A stretch of DNA of 64,000 nt, from contig JAPDJW010000002.1 in the NCBI GenBank assembly GCA_029258885.1, positions 288,001 through 352,000 on the forward strand, read 5' to 3'. Positions within the stretch are counted from its first letter, which is position 1. Each line of letters begins with the position of its first letter. A program made the translations under genes and the position numbers. The notes under the pieces are model-generated. The model was given only the letters and a program-made list of their open reading frames with translations, had not been told where the DNA came from and did no database searches. The DNA is from Thermoproteota archaeon. GTDB taxonomy: Archaea; Thermoproteota; Thermoprotei; Thermofilales; B9-G17. Of this stretch, positions 52,671 to 62,230 are shown piece by piece.

Positions 52671-53011
52671 ATGCATCATGTCCAATGTGGACGCCGAGAA
52701 ATGCAACATGTCCTCGTTGTTGACATGGAAAATGTCCTCGTTGATAAGGACGCCGAGAATCTGTATATACGTGATGCTTCCAGGCTTCAGGAAGGAGGAT
52801 ATAGAGGTCTACACTAACGGCAGAATAGTTAGGGATCGAAGCTAAGGTCCCGGAGGTATTAAGGAAGTTCATAAAGTCGGAGAAGTTGGTCAGGAGGATA
52901 CCTGTAGCCTCAACAGTTGACGTGGATAAGGCTAAATCCAAGTTTAAGAATGGATTATTAATAGTAACGTTACCGAAGAAGGCTAAGGGGAAGAAGATAG
53001 CAGTCGAGTAG
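52671..53011 (+). pseudogene. Hsp20 small heat-shock protein with two frameshifts
   Basis: ATG 52671 MHHVQ...DKDAENLY, shift at TATATA 52764-52769, VMLPGFRKEDIEV, shift at AGGG 52831-52834, then AKSKFKNGLLIVTLPKK...IAVE stop. Confidence 0.8.
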
Positions 53012-53086
53012 AGCCGCCACCTATGGATGCAGAGTATGTATGAATAATACATAATGAATAAATATCATACTTTTCTCCCCCATAAT

Positions 53087-55222
53087 ATGAGCAGGGGTAT
53101 CCTGTTACTCATAATTATATTAATTGCTACTTCCTCGATTTTCGGCTTCATACTAGTAAGGCGCTTCTTCTTGGGGGATAGGGAGGACAGGGTAGTTCAC
53201 AGCTACGTTGATGTGGTGGATGGCAATGCCAAGCTTTTCATAAACGGGAAGCCCGTGGATATTCTGGGGTTCTATGCAACAACTGAGGTTGAGGAGTATA
53301 TAGATAAGACTGCCAAGTATGATGCTCTCTTCTGCTGCGTTAGTGTAGGGTGGGTGAGCGTGGATAGGGTTTCCGTAGAGTTTATCGAGAATAACCGGCA
53401 ACTATACCTTAGAGTTAAGAAGCTGAATAGCGAGGGCAGGCTGAGGGACGCTATCAAACTTTTACCCGATTTTCCAGTTCCAAAGAATGCTGCTGAGCTT
53501 ATAGACTTCGAGCACATAGATAAGATATTGGATTATGCTGCGTCGAAGAAGGTATACATAATCTTATTCTTCAAATACTTCTTGCCTCCCTTCTGGTGGA
53601 TTAAGAACTTCCCCGACCAACTCCAGGCCAATAGCACCGGCGCATTATCCTACATGCCAGCCTTCAATTCACCAGCTTTTCTAAAGTATGCGGATCAAGT
53701 AGTTACAGCTGTAGTGAAGCGCTATAGGAACCATCCAGCCCTACTCGGGTGGGGCTTAGCGTTCGGGTGGACTAACGAGGACAATTATCCGGGAGCTAAC
53801 TACTACTCTTCCTGGGGCATGTACGACTACTCGCCCATAGCGGTAGAGAGGTTCAGGGAATGGCTTAGGGAGAAATACAGGAATAACGTTACGGCGTTAA
53901 GGGAGGCCTGGAAAAACTACACTATAACGTTCGAAAACGTAGTGCCCCCGAAGCCCCTAGATCCTCCAGCTAGTCAAGCTGAACTCATAGAGTTTATAAA
54001 TTCGCCGGGAGATGCTAGGAGGAGCTGGCTAGATTGGATGGAGTTTCGCCTAGCTGAGAAGACGAAGTGTATGCTACACTTCGCAAACCTCATTAAAAGC
54101 CTCGACCCAAACCACATTCTAGTTCAGACGCCAGCCTCTCCTCTATCGATCGTTATGGGAAACGCTTACTACCTCAGCATAGACTGCTACAGCTACGTGA
54201 AGTCCCCAATAGACGTAGTCTACGTCAACCCGGGGCTCGATGAGAAGACTGCGATGTTGATCAAGCTTGCAGGCTACGCCATCTTCCTAAAGTACTTCGA
54301 GCAGCGAGGTAAGGCGGCATTCATAAAGTGGGAGGGGAGACCTGGAGCGGACTACGATAAACATCCAGAGATGATAGAGCTCGTTGCCAGAATGGCTAGA
54401 AGGACTGGCACCGGACTGGTTATATGGGGAGGACACGTGCCTATGCCGGGGTCGGGCGAGGAACAGCCTGAATTCACCGATCAGCAGATAGAGTTATTCA
54501 TAAATACCTTTAGGTCGACCCTCGAGGGGAGGATTAATAAGTCGAGTATAGCCATAGTCGACGATCCGAGGCTATGCTTCTTCACATACTATTCGCTTCG
54601 ACCCTACAAGCGGCAGGATGCATGCCTGTTCTGGGTACTGATACGTATGGCCGGGCTGGACTGCGATATATTGACTGTGGATGAAATCAAGGAGAACCCA
54701 GACGTATTGAAGGGGTATAAGGCATTAATACTGGATAACCTGTACAGGATGGACGACGAGCTCGTTAATATACTTGTAGACTACGCTAATTCAGGCGGCG
54801 GGCTCTTCATAGTAGGCAGGACGGGAGTATACGACTGGTATGGAGGCAGAAAATTCGAGAATCTCAGGAAGCTACTAGGAATAAACTCTTCGATTAATGA
54901 GGTTAAGGTCGTCGAATACTCCTGGAGCTTCACAGACACCGACGACTTTCTTCTCGAGCAAATACACGGGAGAAAGGGTGATAAAGGAGGTCAATACAGC
55001 CTATTCTACATTCCTGTATTCGACTACGAGAAGGAGGGATATACTATCCTGGCGACGCTCGACCAAAACAGTAGCGTAGCCGTGGTGGGACGCAAGGGAA
55101 AAATAGTGTTCTGGTTCCCAAGACTTGGACTACAGCTACTAGACAAAGACTTTAATCAACTCCAGATAGTACTACAGTTCCTAAGAAACCTGTTTAGCTT
55201 CTTCAACGAAGATCAATTATGA
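53087..55222 (+). CDS. Membrane-anchored GH42-like beta-galactosidase (clan GH-A) with trimerisation-type domain
   Basis: N-terminal TM; RYRNHPALLGW...TNE; FREWLREKY.NNVTALREAW; W.DW.EFR; C-terminal GATase-like ILDNLYRMD...YANSGG. Start ATG 53087. Confidence 0.75.
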   Translation: MSRGILLLIIILIATSSIFGFILVRRFFLGDREDRVVHSYVDVVDGNAKLFINGKPVDILGFYATTEVEEYIDKTAKYDALFCCVSVGWVSVDRVSVEFIENNRQLYLRVKKLNSEGRLRDAIKLLPDFPVPKNAAELIDFEHIDKILDYAASKKVYIILFFKYFLPPFWWIKNFPDQLQANSTGALSYMPAFNSPAFLKYADQVVTAVVKRYRNHPALLGWGLAFGWTNEDNYPGANYYSSWGMYDYSPIAVERFREWLREKYRNNVTALREAWKNYTITFENVVPPKPLDPPASQAELIEFINSPGDARRSWLDWMEFRLAEKTKCMLHFANLIKSLDPNHILVQTPASPLSIVMGNAYYLSIDCYSYVKSPIDVVYVNPGLDEKTAMLIKLAGYAIFLKYFEQRGKAAFIKWEGRPGADYDKHPEMIELVARMARRTGTGLVIWGGHVPMPGSGEEQPEFTDQQIELFINTFRSTLEGRINKSSIAIVDDPRLCFFTYYSLRPYKRQDACLFWVLIRMAGLDCDILTVDEIKENPDVLKGYKALILDNLYRMDDELVNILVDYANSGGGLFIVGRTGVYDWYGGRKFENLRKLLGINSSINEVKVVEYSWSFTDTDDFLLEQIHGRKGDKGGQYSLFYIPVFDYEKEGYTILATLDQNSSVAVVGRKGKIVFWFPRLGLQLLDKDFNQLQIVLQFLRNLFSFFNEDQL

Positions 55223-55275
55223 GTTTTATCGCTGTGGAGAACATTTATTACATAAGATACTCATTAGAAGGAACG

Positions 55276-55328
55276 ATGATGATCAGTATTTAGGTCCGAA
55301 TAATCATGAGGATGAGCCTGAGTACTGA
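55276..55328 (+). ncRNA. Candidate C/D-box guide sRNA
   Basis: C ATGATGA, guide TCAGTATTTAGGT, D' CCGA, linker, C' ATGAGGA, guide TGAGCCTGAGTA, D CTGA. Confidence 0.65.
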
Positions 55329-55822
55329 ATCATCAAGATTTCAAGAAGCATTGTTTTACACATATAAGGTGGCATTTTATAGATTTGAATAATCAGACCC
55401 AAAGTCTATTACTCTATGGATTAGCTAAGGTTTGTTTTATAGTTTAGCGAGCCTATTACATTGCCTGCCGTTATAGGGGTTTCGCTGATAAAAATGTAGG
55501 CTTTTTCTTTATTTTTCCGCATTTGTGGGGATTAGGAACAGTATTAGTAAGTACTCGTCTACGATAAAGCACTCAGTATATATAGAGTGTGGAATGCTGT
55601 GTAAGGTGATACAAAGTAAATTAGAAGAGTAATGCTAGCGAGAAAGGTCCACAGAGAGTATTTATCAGCGGCCATAAACAGGTAAAATTCGAGTTGTAGC
55701 TCCAGTATATTTTGTGAAAGTAAACATTTTCAGTAAATAAGAGTTTATGCAATACTTGATATCTGCTTTCCTTAAAATCCCTACTATATAGGTGTTAATG
55801 AAAAGCTTCTTAGCATAAAATG

Positions 55823-55872
55823 TCAGGCCGGAAACCTTTTCTTCATATTTCTGCGCTGCAATGGCTCATCAT
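55823..55872 (-). ncRNA. Candidate C/D-box guide sRNA
   Basis: Minus strand: C ATGATGA, guide GCCATTGCAGCG, D' CAGA, AAT, C' ATGAAGA, guide AAAGGTTTCCGGC, D CTGA. Confidence 0.75.
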
Positions 55873-55923
55873 TCACTGTAAAGGTTATCAATGCAATATA
55901 TATCCGTTGTGTTAGATAGTTAT

Positions 55924-56373
55924 ATGGTGGTGGGTGTGTCCATTAAGGTCTACTATGCAGCCGCCATGTTAGGCGATAGAAGCAATTTTGAGGATAATGT
56001 CAAGATAGTTAAGATGCTTGAGGAGAAGGGGTTTAAAATTCTAACCAAGCACGTTGTCGAGGAGGTTTTAGATATTGAGAAGGGGCTTACGGTTGAGGAG
56101 GTGTTTGAAAGGGATATTAGGCTTCTGAACGAGGCTGACGTATTGATAGCTGATGTATCCTATCCAAGCCTAGGAGTCGGGTTCGAGGTAGCCTATGCTC
56201 TGCTTAAGGGTAAAAGGGTCTACGCTATCTGTAGGAGTGATAGGTATGAGAGGACTTCAGCACTTATAAGAGGTATAAGGTGGAGCAACTTTAAGCTGAT
56301 AACCTACAGTAGCCCCGAGGAGGCCGTAGATAAACTTATGGAAGCTATTCAAAGAGATTTCAGCAGGCTATAG
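55924..56373 (+). CDS. Nucleoside 2-deoxyribosyltransferase / DNPH1-like N-hydrolase
   Basis: KVYYAAAM, FERDI..L.EADVLIADVS.PSLGVGFEVAYA. Confidence 0.85.
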   Translation: MVVGVSIKVYYAAAMLGDRSNFEDNVKIVKMLEEKGFKILTKHVVEEVLDIEKGLTVEEVFERDIRLLNEADVLIADVSYPSLGVGFEVAYALLKGKRVYAICRSDRYERTSALIRGIRWSNFKLITYSSPEEAVDKLMEAIQRDFSRL

Positions 56374-56907
56374 CTGTAGGAAGTTCACGATAATTTCCTC
56401 GTTTAATACTTCCGGATGGAAGGATACTCCATAGAACTCCCTGCCAACAACCTTAAAGATGCATGCTTCATCATCCTGTAGTGCGATGAGCTCCATATAC
56501 CTGTTTAATTTCCTTAATGCATAGATATGTAGAAAGTATGCCTGAAAGCTATCGCTATGAACTAGCGGATTCTCCCTAACAGTTTTAACCGGATAAACCC
56601 CTATCTTCCTGATGTTCTCCAGCATACCGCCGTAGAGCTTAGCTAAAATCCGATATCCAGCGCAGATTCCGAGCACCTTACCATCATATCCGGTTAATAT
56701 CCTAAAGTTGTCGACATAGTTTAGGTAGTCGGAATCCATTAGCGCTGTGCCGCAGATTATTACTCCAGAATACCCGTTAAATCTAAGTTTCTCATAGTAT
56801 CTCCTTATCTCATAGCTAATCCCGAGTTTTTCCATAATCGACGTAATTGGCTTAACGAACTCCTCCTCGCTGAAGCGGTGCCTACAGCACGAAACAACTA
56901 GAATCAT
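56368..56907 (-). CDS. Class I glutamine amidotransferase
   Basis: LGICAG nucleophile Cys and FHPE His-Glu; ATGA overlap with the upstream Dph6-family gene. Confidence 0.85.
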   Translation of the reverse strand: MILVVSCCRHRFSEEEFVKPITSIMEKLGISYEIRRYYEKLRFNGYSGVIICGTALMDSDYLNYVDNFRILTGYDGKVLGICAGYRILAKLYGGMLENIRKIGVYPVKTVRENPLVHSDSFQAYFLHIYALRKLNRYMELIALQDDEACIFKVVGREFYGVSFHPEVLNEEIIVNFLQL

Positions 56908-57578
56908 TTCTCAATCAACTCCGCTCTCCTAACTATTAGGGTGGCATCGTAGTCCTCTCCAACTACATCGTAGTCCAGAATCTTTATTCTCCTCCTAAAC
57001 AGCGGCATATCCAGCACAAGCGTCTCATACTCACCGCCTTCACCCGATGGATTCACAAAACGTCTAATACGCTCGAAAAACCCTATAATGTCGTGGTCAA
57101 GCCTCCTGCCAAGCAAGGATTTCCTCAAGGGATATCCCGCCACCCTAGTGAATATTACTTCAAAGCCGAGCTCCAAGACCTCCCTTAAAAGGGATATCTC
57201 ATCCTTCAGCCATAGAGGATTAAAACACCAAAGCTTTAAATCCCAGCAAACACGCTGAAACCTCGAGGCCTGGTAAGTCGATCTAATAGCACCAGTAACA
57301 ACGCCCTCAACGCCATATTTCTCCCTAGCCTTCTTCAGGACATAACGTAAAGCTTCAATGCTACCAGCTTCATCATCGGGGGTATCCTCCATAACCAAGG
57401 GTATATTCAGTGCCTCAGCCTGAAGCTTAACTAAATTAACGTTAGGGTAATGGAAGAGAAAGCTCTCCTCAGACCTAGGGATAAGTGTAACTAGACAGAC
57501 AACCTTAAATTCCTGATAGGCTTTGTATAGCGCTAAATTAGAGTCCTTTCCACCAGAGTACAGCACGCACACCCTCAT
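56904..57578 (-). CDS. dph6: Diphthine-ammonia ligase family PP-loop ATPase (Dph6/DUF71)
   Basis: LYSGGKDS, GAIRSTYQ, FNPLW, NPSGEGGEYETLV. Confidence 0.85.
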   Translation of the reverse strand: MRVCVLYSGGKDSNLALYKAYQEFKVVCLVTLIPRSEESFLFHYPNVNLVKLQAEALNIPLVMEDTPDDEAGSIEALRYVLKKAREKYGVEGVVTGAIRSTYQASRFQRVCWDLKLWCFNPLWLKDEISLLREVLELGFEVIFTRVAGYPLRKSLLGRRLDHDIIGFFERIRRFVNPSGEGGEYETLVLDMPLFRRRIKILDYDVVGEDYDATLIVRRAELIEK

Positions 57579-57883
57579 CTACTACACCACATACACTTCA
57601 TAGAAACTGGAAACGTGTATGCTGGAACTATAGCTATATTTCCCCCTCTAATGTACTCAAGTTTTTCTATAGACGCAGGAATTTTACTCCTTAACCCACT
57701 ATTAACATGGCCTTTTATATTAAGCATACCAGTCAGACTTACATGTGATACCACTATTTCCTCCACCGAAGATTCTGTAAATTTAATGTGAAATATTCCT
57801 CGACAATATAATGTCAAAAGGATATAAATAGCTCTTGACATTGAGCCATCAAGGCTCACGCTTCCTCTCATGCTAGGGAACAT
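57575..57883 (-). CDS. Possible small hypothetical protein
   Basis: 102-aa ORF whose TGA overlaps the dph6 ATG; no recognisable motif, so it may be spurious. Confidence 0.25.
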   Translation of the reverse strand: MFPSMRGSVSLDGSMSRAIYILLTLYCRGIFHIKFTESSVEEIVVSHVSLTGMLNIKGHVNSGLRSKIPASIEKLEYIRGGNIAIVPAYTFPVSMKCMWCSR

Positions 57884-58967
57884 CCCCCGGATAAAATATC
57901 TTAATTACCCTATTTTAAATAATGTAGAACCTATGAGTGGTATCATGAAGATGAAATTTCTAGTTATTGGATGTGGATTTATAGGGCGAATATACCTCGA
58001 TGCTTTAACACGAATTGATGATGCTGAAGCCGTGGCGGTAGTAGATACTGATTTGGATAAGGTAAAAAGCGTAGCTAAACGCTATAATATACCAAAATAC
58101 TTTACGGATTGGAGGGATGCATTAGAATTAGACGTGGATGTAGCCGCAGTCTGTGTTCCAGTAAAATATCATAAGGAAATTACGTTGGAGGCATTGAAGA
58201 GGGGCATAAATGTTCTATGTGAAAAGCCTCCAGCATTAAACAGCAGTGAAGCAGTTGAAATGATGAATGCAGCTACAAAATACAGGCGTATACTAATGTA
58301 TGGATTCCAGTGGAGGTTCATTGAGAGGTGTATATACGCTAAAAGGCTCATAGAATCAGGCGTTCTCGGGAAGATATACAAGGTGAGGATCCACTACCTC
58401 AGGAAGGAGGGTTTTCCATCGTGGTCGGGGAGCTGGCTTTTCAGGAAGGAGCTTGCTGGAGGAGGAATACTCATAGACTGTGGAGTACACTTCATAGATT
58501 TAATATATTGGCTATTAGGTAGACCTAAGCCTAAGGCCGTTTTCGGAGTCCAGCACGACTACCTTGGCAGAAATATTGAGGGCTTTGACGTGGAGGATAC
58601 GTATAGCGGGGTAGTAGTGTTCGAGGACGATGTATGTGTGTCGATGGAGTATTCATGGAGCCAGATATGGCACGAGGAATTTACGCTGAACATCTACGGC
58701 ACGAGAGGTAGCATCCGCCTATTCCCCGAGGTCGAGCTAGTGAGGAAGGAGGATGAAACCTACCTCAAGATTATTCCGGAGCTGAAGGAGCCTGAAGACT
58801 ACTGGCTTGAAGCAAACTATCAGAAAATTAGACACATGGTAGGTCTCCTAAAGACGGGGGAATATCAGGATATAACTCCAAATCCTGAAGATGGTGTAGA
58901 GGTTATGAGAATTATCGACGGATTATATGAATCATCCAGGAAGCTAGTCTCAGTTAAGCTCAGCTAA
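57870..58967 (+). CDS. Gfo/Idh/MocA family oxidoreductase
   Basis: VIGCGFIG, LCEKP, GGGILIDCGVHFID; the true start is likely near 57945-57951. Confidence 0.92.
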   Translation: MLGNIPRIKYLNYPILNNVEPMSGIMKMKFLVIGCGFIGRIYLDALTRIDDAEAVAVVDTDLDKVKSVAKRYNIPKYFTDWRDALELDVDVAAVCVPVKYHKEITLEALKRGINVLCEKPPALNSSEAVEMMNAATKYRRILMYGFQWRFIERCIYAKRLIESGVLGKIYKVRIHYLRKEGFPSWSGSWLFRKELAGGGILIDCGVHFIDLIYWLLGRPKPKAVFGVQHDYLGRNIEGFDVEDTYSGVVVFEDDVCVSMEYSWSQIWHEEFTLNIYGTRGSIRLFPEVELVRKEDETYLKIIPELKEPEDYWLEANYQKIRHMVGLLKTGEYQDITPNPEDGVEVMRIIDGLYESSRKLVSVKLS

Positions 58968-60151
58968 TCCGTGGGCCTATAGCCTCTAGTTGAATAGATG
59001 AACAGTGGTATGGAGGCGAATACTAGTAGCGAGGATGTTAGATAGGGTAAGCCAGCGTGTATTGTAGCTAGATACCCAGCTATTGCTGGACACGTTATCC
59101 CTATTAGTCCGTTTACGGCGGATAAACCTCCAAGGAGAGTCCCCTTGATATCCTCCGGTATCGTTGAAAAAAGTATGCTTCTAAAGAATGGAATGTATAT
59201 ACTGTTCCCGACCGAGAAGAGTATTGATGACAGAAAAGCTAGGGCTACGCTGTTGGATAGATAAAGCATCATGTATGCTGTTCCGAATAAAGCTAGACTA
59301 AGGATGACGAGTCTTCTCCCGTGCTTCTTCTTAGCCTTAAATAGTGCCAGTGTACATATAATTACGGTTAATGAGCCTATACACTCGTATACTCCTATTT
59401 CAAATAGTCCTCCGCCGATATGCTTCATAAATAGGTTTACGAGCGTGAAGATAGGCGCTAGAGATAGCGAGAACGTAAATAATATCGCTGTCAGCGAGAC
59501 CATAATGAATCTCCTCGGAATACTTATGGGGCCTTCCTCCTCTTCAAACACTACTTTCTCTCCTATTTTAGGTAGCCAGAGGAGCGGTGTAGCAGATAGG
59601 AGGATGAAGGCGGCTGAGAATAGGATGAGTGTATGCATTAACGTGTTAACCTCCATCCTGCTGACGATGTATCCTAGTATTGGATAGCCTATAGCCGATG
59701 ATGTAAACGGCAGCAGATTATGGTATAGGAAGGCTTTTTCCCTAATATCCTCTGGATACGCTGAATACTCGTACACGGAGTATGCTGGGTAGAATGCGCT
59801 TGAAAGCTCTCCTACAATCGATGCGATAAGCAGTAGATCCAGCCTTAGATACAGTAATCCAAGGTAATATAGCAGGGTTTCAAGCCCCTCCGTCATAAGG
59901 TCTAGAGCTATGATAATGTTTGGGCTCTTTCTATCCAGTATTCTTCCGATAGGCGCCTTAAGAATAGAGCCCGCGGCTGAGCTCAAGGTATAGATTAAAC
60001 CTATCTCAAATACTGAAATATTTCTCGCTATCATCAAATATGGAATTATGTACCATTCGAAGAGCACGGGGGATATAATGCAATGCATAAGTATGTATCT
60101 CCTAGCGGCCTGCGGCAGCTTCTCCCATTCGCCGAAGAACATTGGGAACAC
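58964..60151 (-). CDS. MFS transporter
   Basis: About 12 hydrophobic segments, GRILDRKS loop motif. Confidence 0.85.
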   Translation of the reverse strand: MFPMFFGEWEKLPQAARRYILMHCIISPVLFEWYIIPYLMIARNISVFEIGLIYTLSSAAGSILKAPIGRILDRKSPNIIIALDLMTEGLETLLYYLGLLYLRLDLLLIASIVGELSSAFYPAYSVYEYSAYPEDIREKAFLYHNLLPFTSSAIGYPILGYIVSRMEVNTLMHTLILFSAAFILLSATPLLWLPKIGEKVVFEEEEGPISIPRRFIMVSLTAILFTFSLSLAPIFTLVNLFMKHIGGGLFEIGVYECIGSLTVIICTLALFKAKKKHGRRLVILSLALFGTAYMMLYLSNSVALAFLSSILFSVGNSIYIPFFRSILFSTIPEDIKGTLLGGLSAVNGLIGITCPAIAGYLATIHAGLPYLTSSLLVFASIPLFIYSTRGYRPTD

Positions 60152-60179
60152 CTATATAGTTTAGGAGATATTATAGTTT

Positions 60180-61493
60180 ATGCCTGAAGTTAAATATAGG
60201 CTGTATCGAGATGGTGATGAAGTAGGAATAGTAGATGTTATTAATAAATGCTTTAGCTCGTTTAATGGTTGGGGATTAACTGCCGATAAGTGGCTTGAAT
60301 ACGAGAAACTGGATTACGCATTTAGGAAGGATATGGCTTTAGTAGCTGAGTATAATGGCAGAGTAGTGGGGCATGTACAGCTTATTTTAAGAAAGCTTAA
60401 AATGGGCACCTGGAAGTACCTGTTGAACGGTGGGATAGCGAACGTATCTACGGATCCAGAGTTTAGGAGGCGGGGGATAGCTACAAACCTCATGAGGCTT
60501 GCTATTAAGGTCTGTAGGGAAAGGGGTATACCTCTATCCGGACTTTTTACTGGCTATCCGGGGACGGCTCATAGGGTCTATAGGAGGGTTGGATACGCCA
60601 ATACGTATTTCATGTTCACGTTTATAGCGGAGCTTGATGAGATCGATGAAGTGAAGGATGTATACCCAGTAGTTGAGGGCATTAAGATAGAGGAAATAGA
60701 GCCCAACGACGTCAATAGGCTCGATGAGCTTTATAGAAGCCTACATGAGGGGTGTGCTGGAGTAGCACTTAGAACTAGAAGCTACTGGCTCAATAAGATA
60801 CTGGGAGATAAAGTTTCCTTCCACACATTCTTCTACGATAATCCTGAGGCCTATATCCGAGTGAAGGCTATGTTGGGGAATAGAATAGTTGGATACGCGT
60901 TGGCGTTCCTACCCTATAAGGCCAGGTATACGTATGATCCTAAGGATAGGGGCATAATACTTGAGATACTTGGGGAGAACAGCGGAATAGTGGGGTCTCT
61001 AGCTCTGCACCTATTCAAAGCGTTTAGGGAGCACGGGTTAAAAACGGTCTCAGGAAGTTTCCCCGCTGCGGATCCGTATTTGAATGTCTTTGAGGGATTT
61101 AACGTATTCAGGTGCGGAGGAATATATATGGAGGCACTGCCTAGGCTTGATGTATACCTTAGGGAGATGAGCGAGGAGTTTTCATCAAGGCTAGAGGATA
61201 ACGGCGTTAAGCTAGACGCTAAGATCCTCTTTACTTCAAAGCATGCGGAGGCTGGCATAAGGATCCGTGGCCACCAGGTAGAATTATATGATGGAAACAA
61301 ATATGACGTAGTGGTTCGTGTCGACTGGGACGGCCTAACTAGGATGATATATGGTATTGAGGGATTTATTGACCTCTACTCAAGCGGATATATTTCGGTG
61401 GAATCTAAGTTTGATCCAAGAAAAGTTTTAACGGCGCTAGCTACAATGTTTCCATTGAGGGTGTTCCATATATGGAGGATAGACCACTGGTAA
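60180..61493 (+). CDS. Eis-like tandem GNAT acetyltransferase with SCP2-like C-terminus
   Basis: IANVSTDPEFRRRGIATNLM, YRRVGY, second GNAT repeat. Confidence 0.8.
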   Translation: MPEVKYRLYRDGDEVGIVDVINKCFSSFNGWGLTADKWLEYEKLDYAFRKDMALVAEYNGRVVGHVQLILRKLKMGTWKYLLNGGIANVSTDPEFRRRGIATNLMRLAIKVCRERGIPLSGLFTGYPGTAHRVYRRVGYANTYFMFTFIAELDEIDEVKDVYPVVEGIKIEEIEPNDVNRLDELYRSLHEGCAGVALRTRSYWLNKILGDKVSFHTFFYDNPEAYIRVKAMLGNRIVGYALAFLPYKARYTYDPKDRGIILEILGENSGIVGSLALHLFKAFREHGLKTVSGSFPAADPYLNVFEGFNVFRCGGIYMEALPRLDVYLREMSEEFSSRLEDNGVKLDAKILFTSKHAEAGIRIRGHQVELYDGNKYDVVVRVDWDGLTRMIYGIEGFIDLYSSGYISVESKFDPRKVLTALATMFPLRVFHIWRIDHW

Positions 61494-62230
61494 AGCCTCT
61501 GGAGTTGGCTAAGATCTCCTACGTTGATGCCCGGAAGTACTTTGGAGAAATGGATGTAGTGCTTCTTCCAATAGGCTCCACTGAGCAGCATGGCCCACAT
61601 AATCCTCTGGGTACCGACCACATAATTGCCTACGAGCTAGCTAAGGAGGCATCAAGGAGAACGGGCGTTATGGTGCTTCCAGTAATACCGTATGGTATGA
61701 GCGAACATCACATGCATTTCCCCGGGACAGTATCGGTCAGTCCCGATGCATTGAAACTGTATGTTAAGGAGGTATGTTTGTCTCTTAAGAGGCATGGAGT
61801 TAGGAAGATTGTTATCGTAAATGGACACGGTGGAAACCTTAACCCACTGTTAGACCTAGCTCGGGAGCTAAGGAGGGATCACGGCATGCTCATCTTCATC
61901 TTCCAGTGGTGGACTGCTATAAGCGATAAACTCACAAACATATACACTGCCAAGGAGAGGGGGCATGCAGCAGCTGAGGAGACTTCAATGATAATGTATA
62001 TAGATGAAGACCTTGTTAATAGGGAGCGAATGGTCGATGAAGAAGTTAGAGATCCTCTTAGCGGGGCTAGAGCCTACTTCCCCGGATACACCGACGACTA
62101 CACTAAAAGTGGAGTTTTTGGAGTTGCTAAAACTGCCTCCAGAGAGAAGGGAGAGCTTTCCTTTGAGGAATCAGTCAGAGAACTTGTGAAACTTATAGAT
62201 AAGGTCCGCGAAGTTAAGATAATAGAGTAA
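61472..62230 (+). CDS. Creatininase family amidohydrolase
   Basis: PIGSTEQHGPH.PLGTD, S.HH..FPGT, NGHGGN, HA..EETS. Confidence 0.92.
   Translation: MEDRPLVKPLELAKISYVDARKYFGEMDVVLLPIGSTEQHGPHNPLGTDHIIAYELAKEASRRTGVMVLPVIPYGMSEHHMHFPGTVSVSPDALKLYVKEVCLSLKRHGVRKIVIVNGHGGNLNPLLDLARELRRDHGMLIFIFQWWTAISDKLTNIYTAKERGHAAAEETSMIMYIDEDLVNRERMVDEEVRDPLSGARAYFPGYTDDYTKSGVFGVAKTASREKGELSFEESVRELVKLIDKVREVKIIE

Noticed and set aside
52624-53052. 142-aa minus-strand ORF spanning the Hsp20 region
   Set aside because: It is the antisense reading of the Hsp20 pseudogene, whose motifs are on the plus strand.
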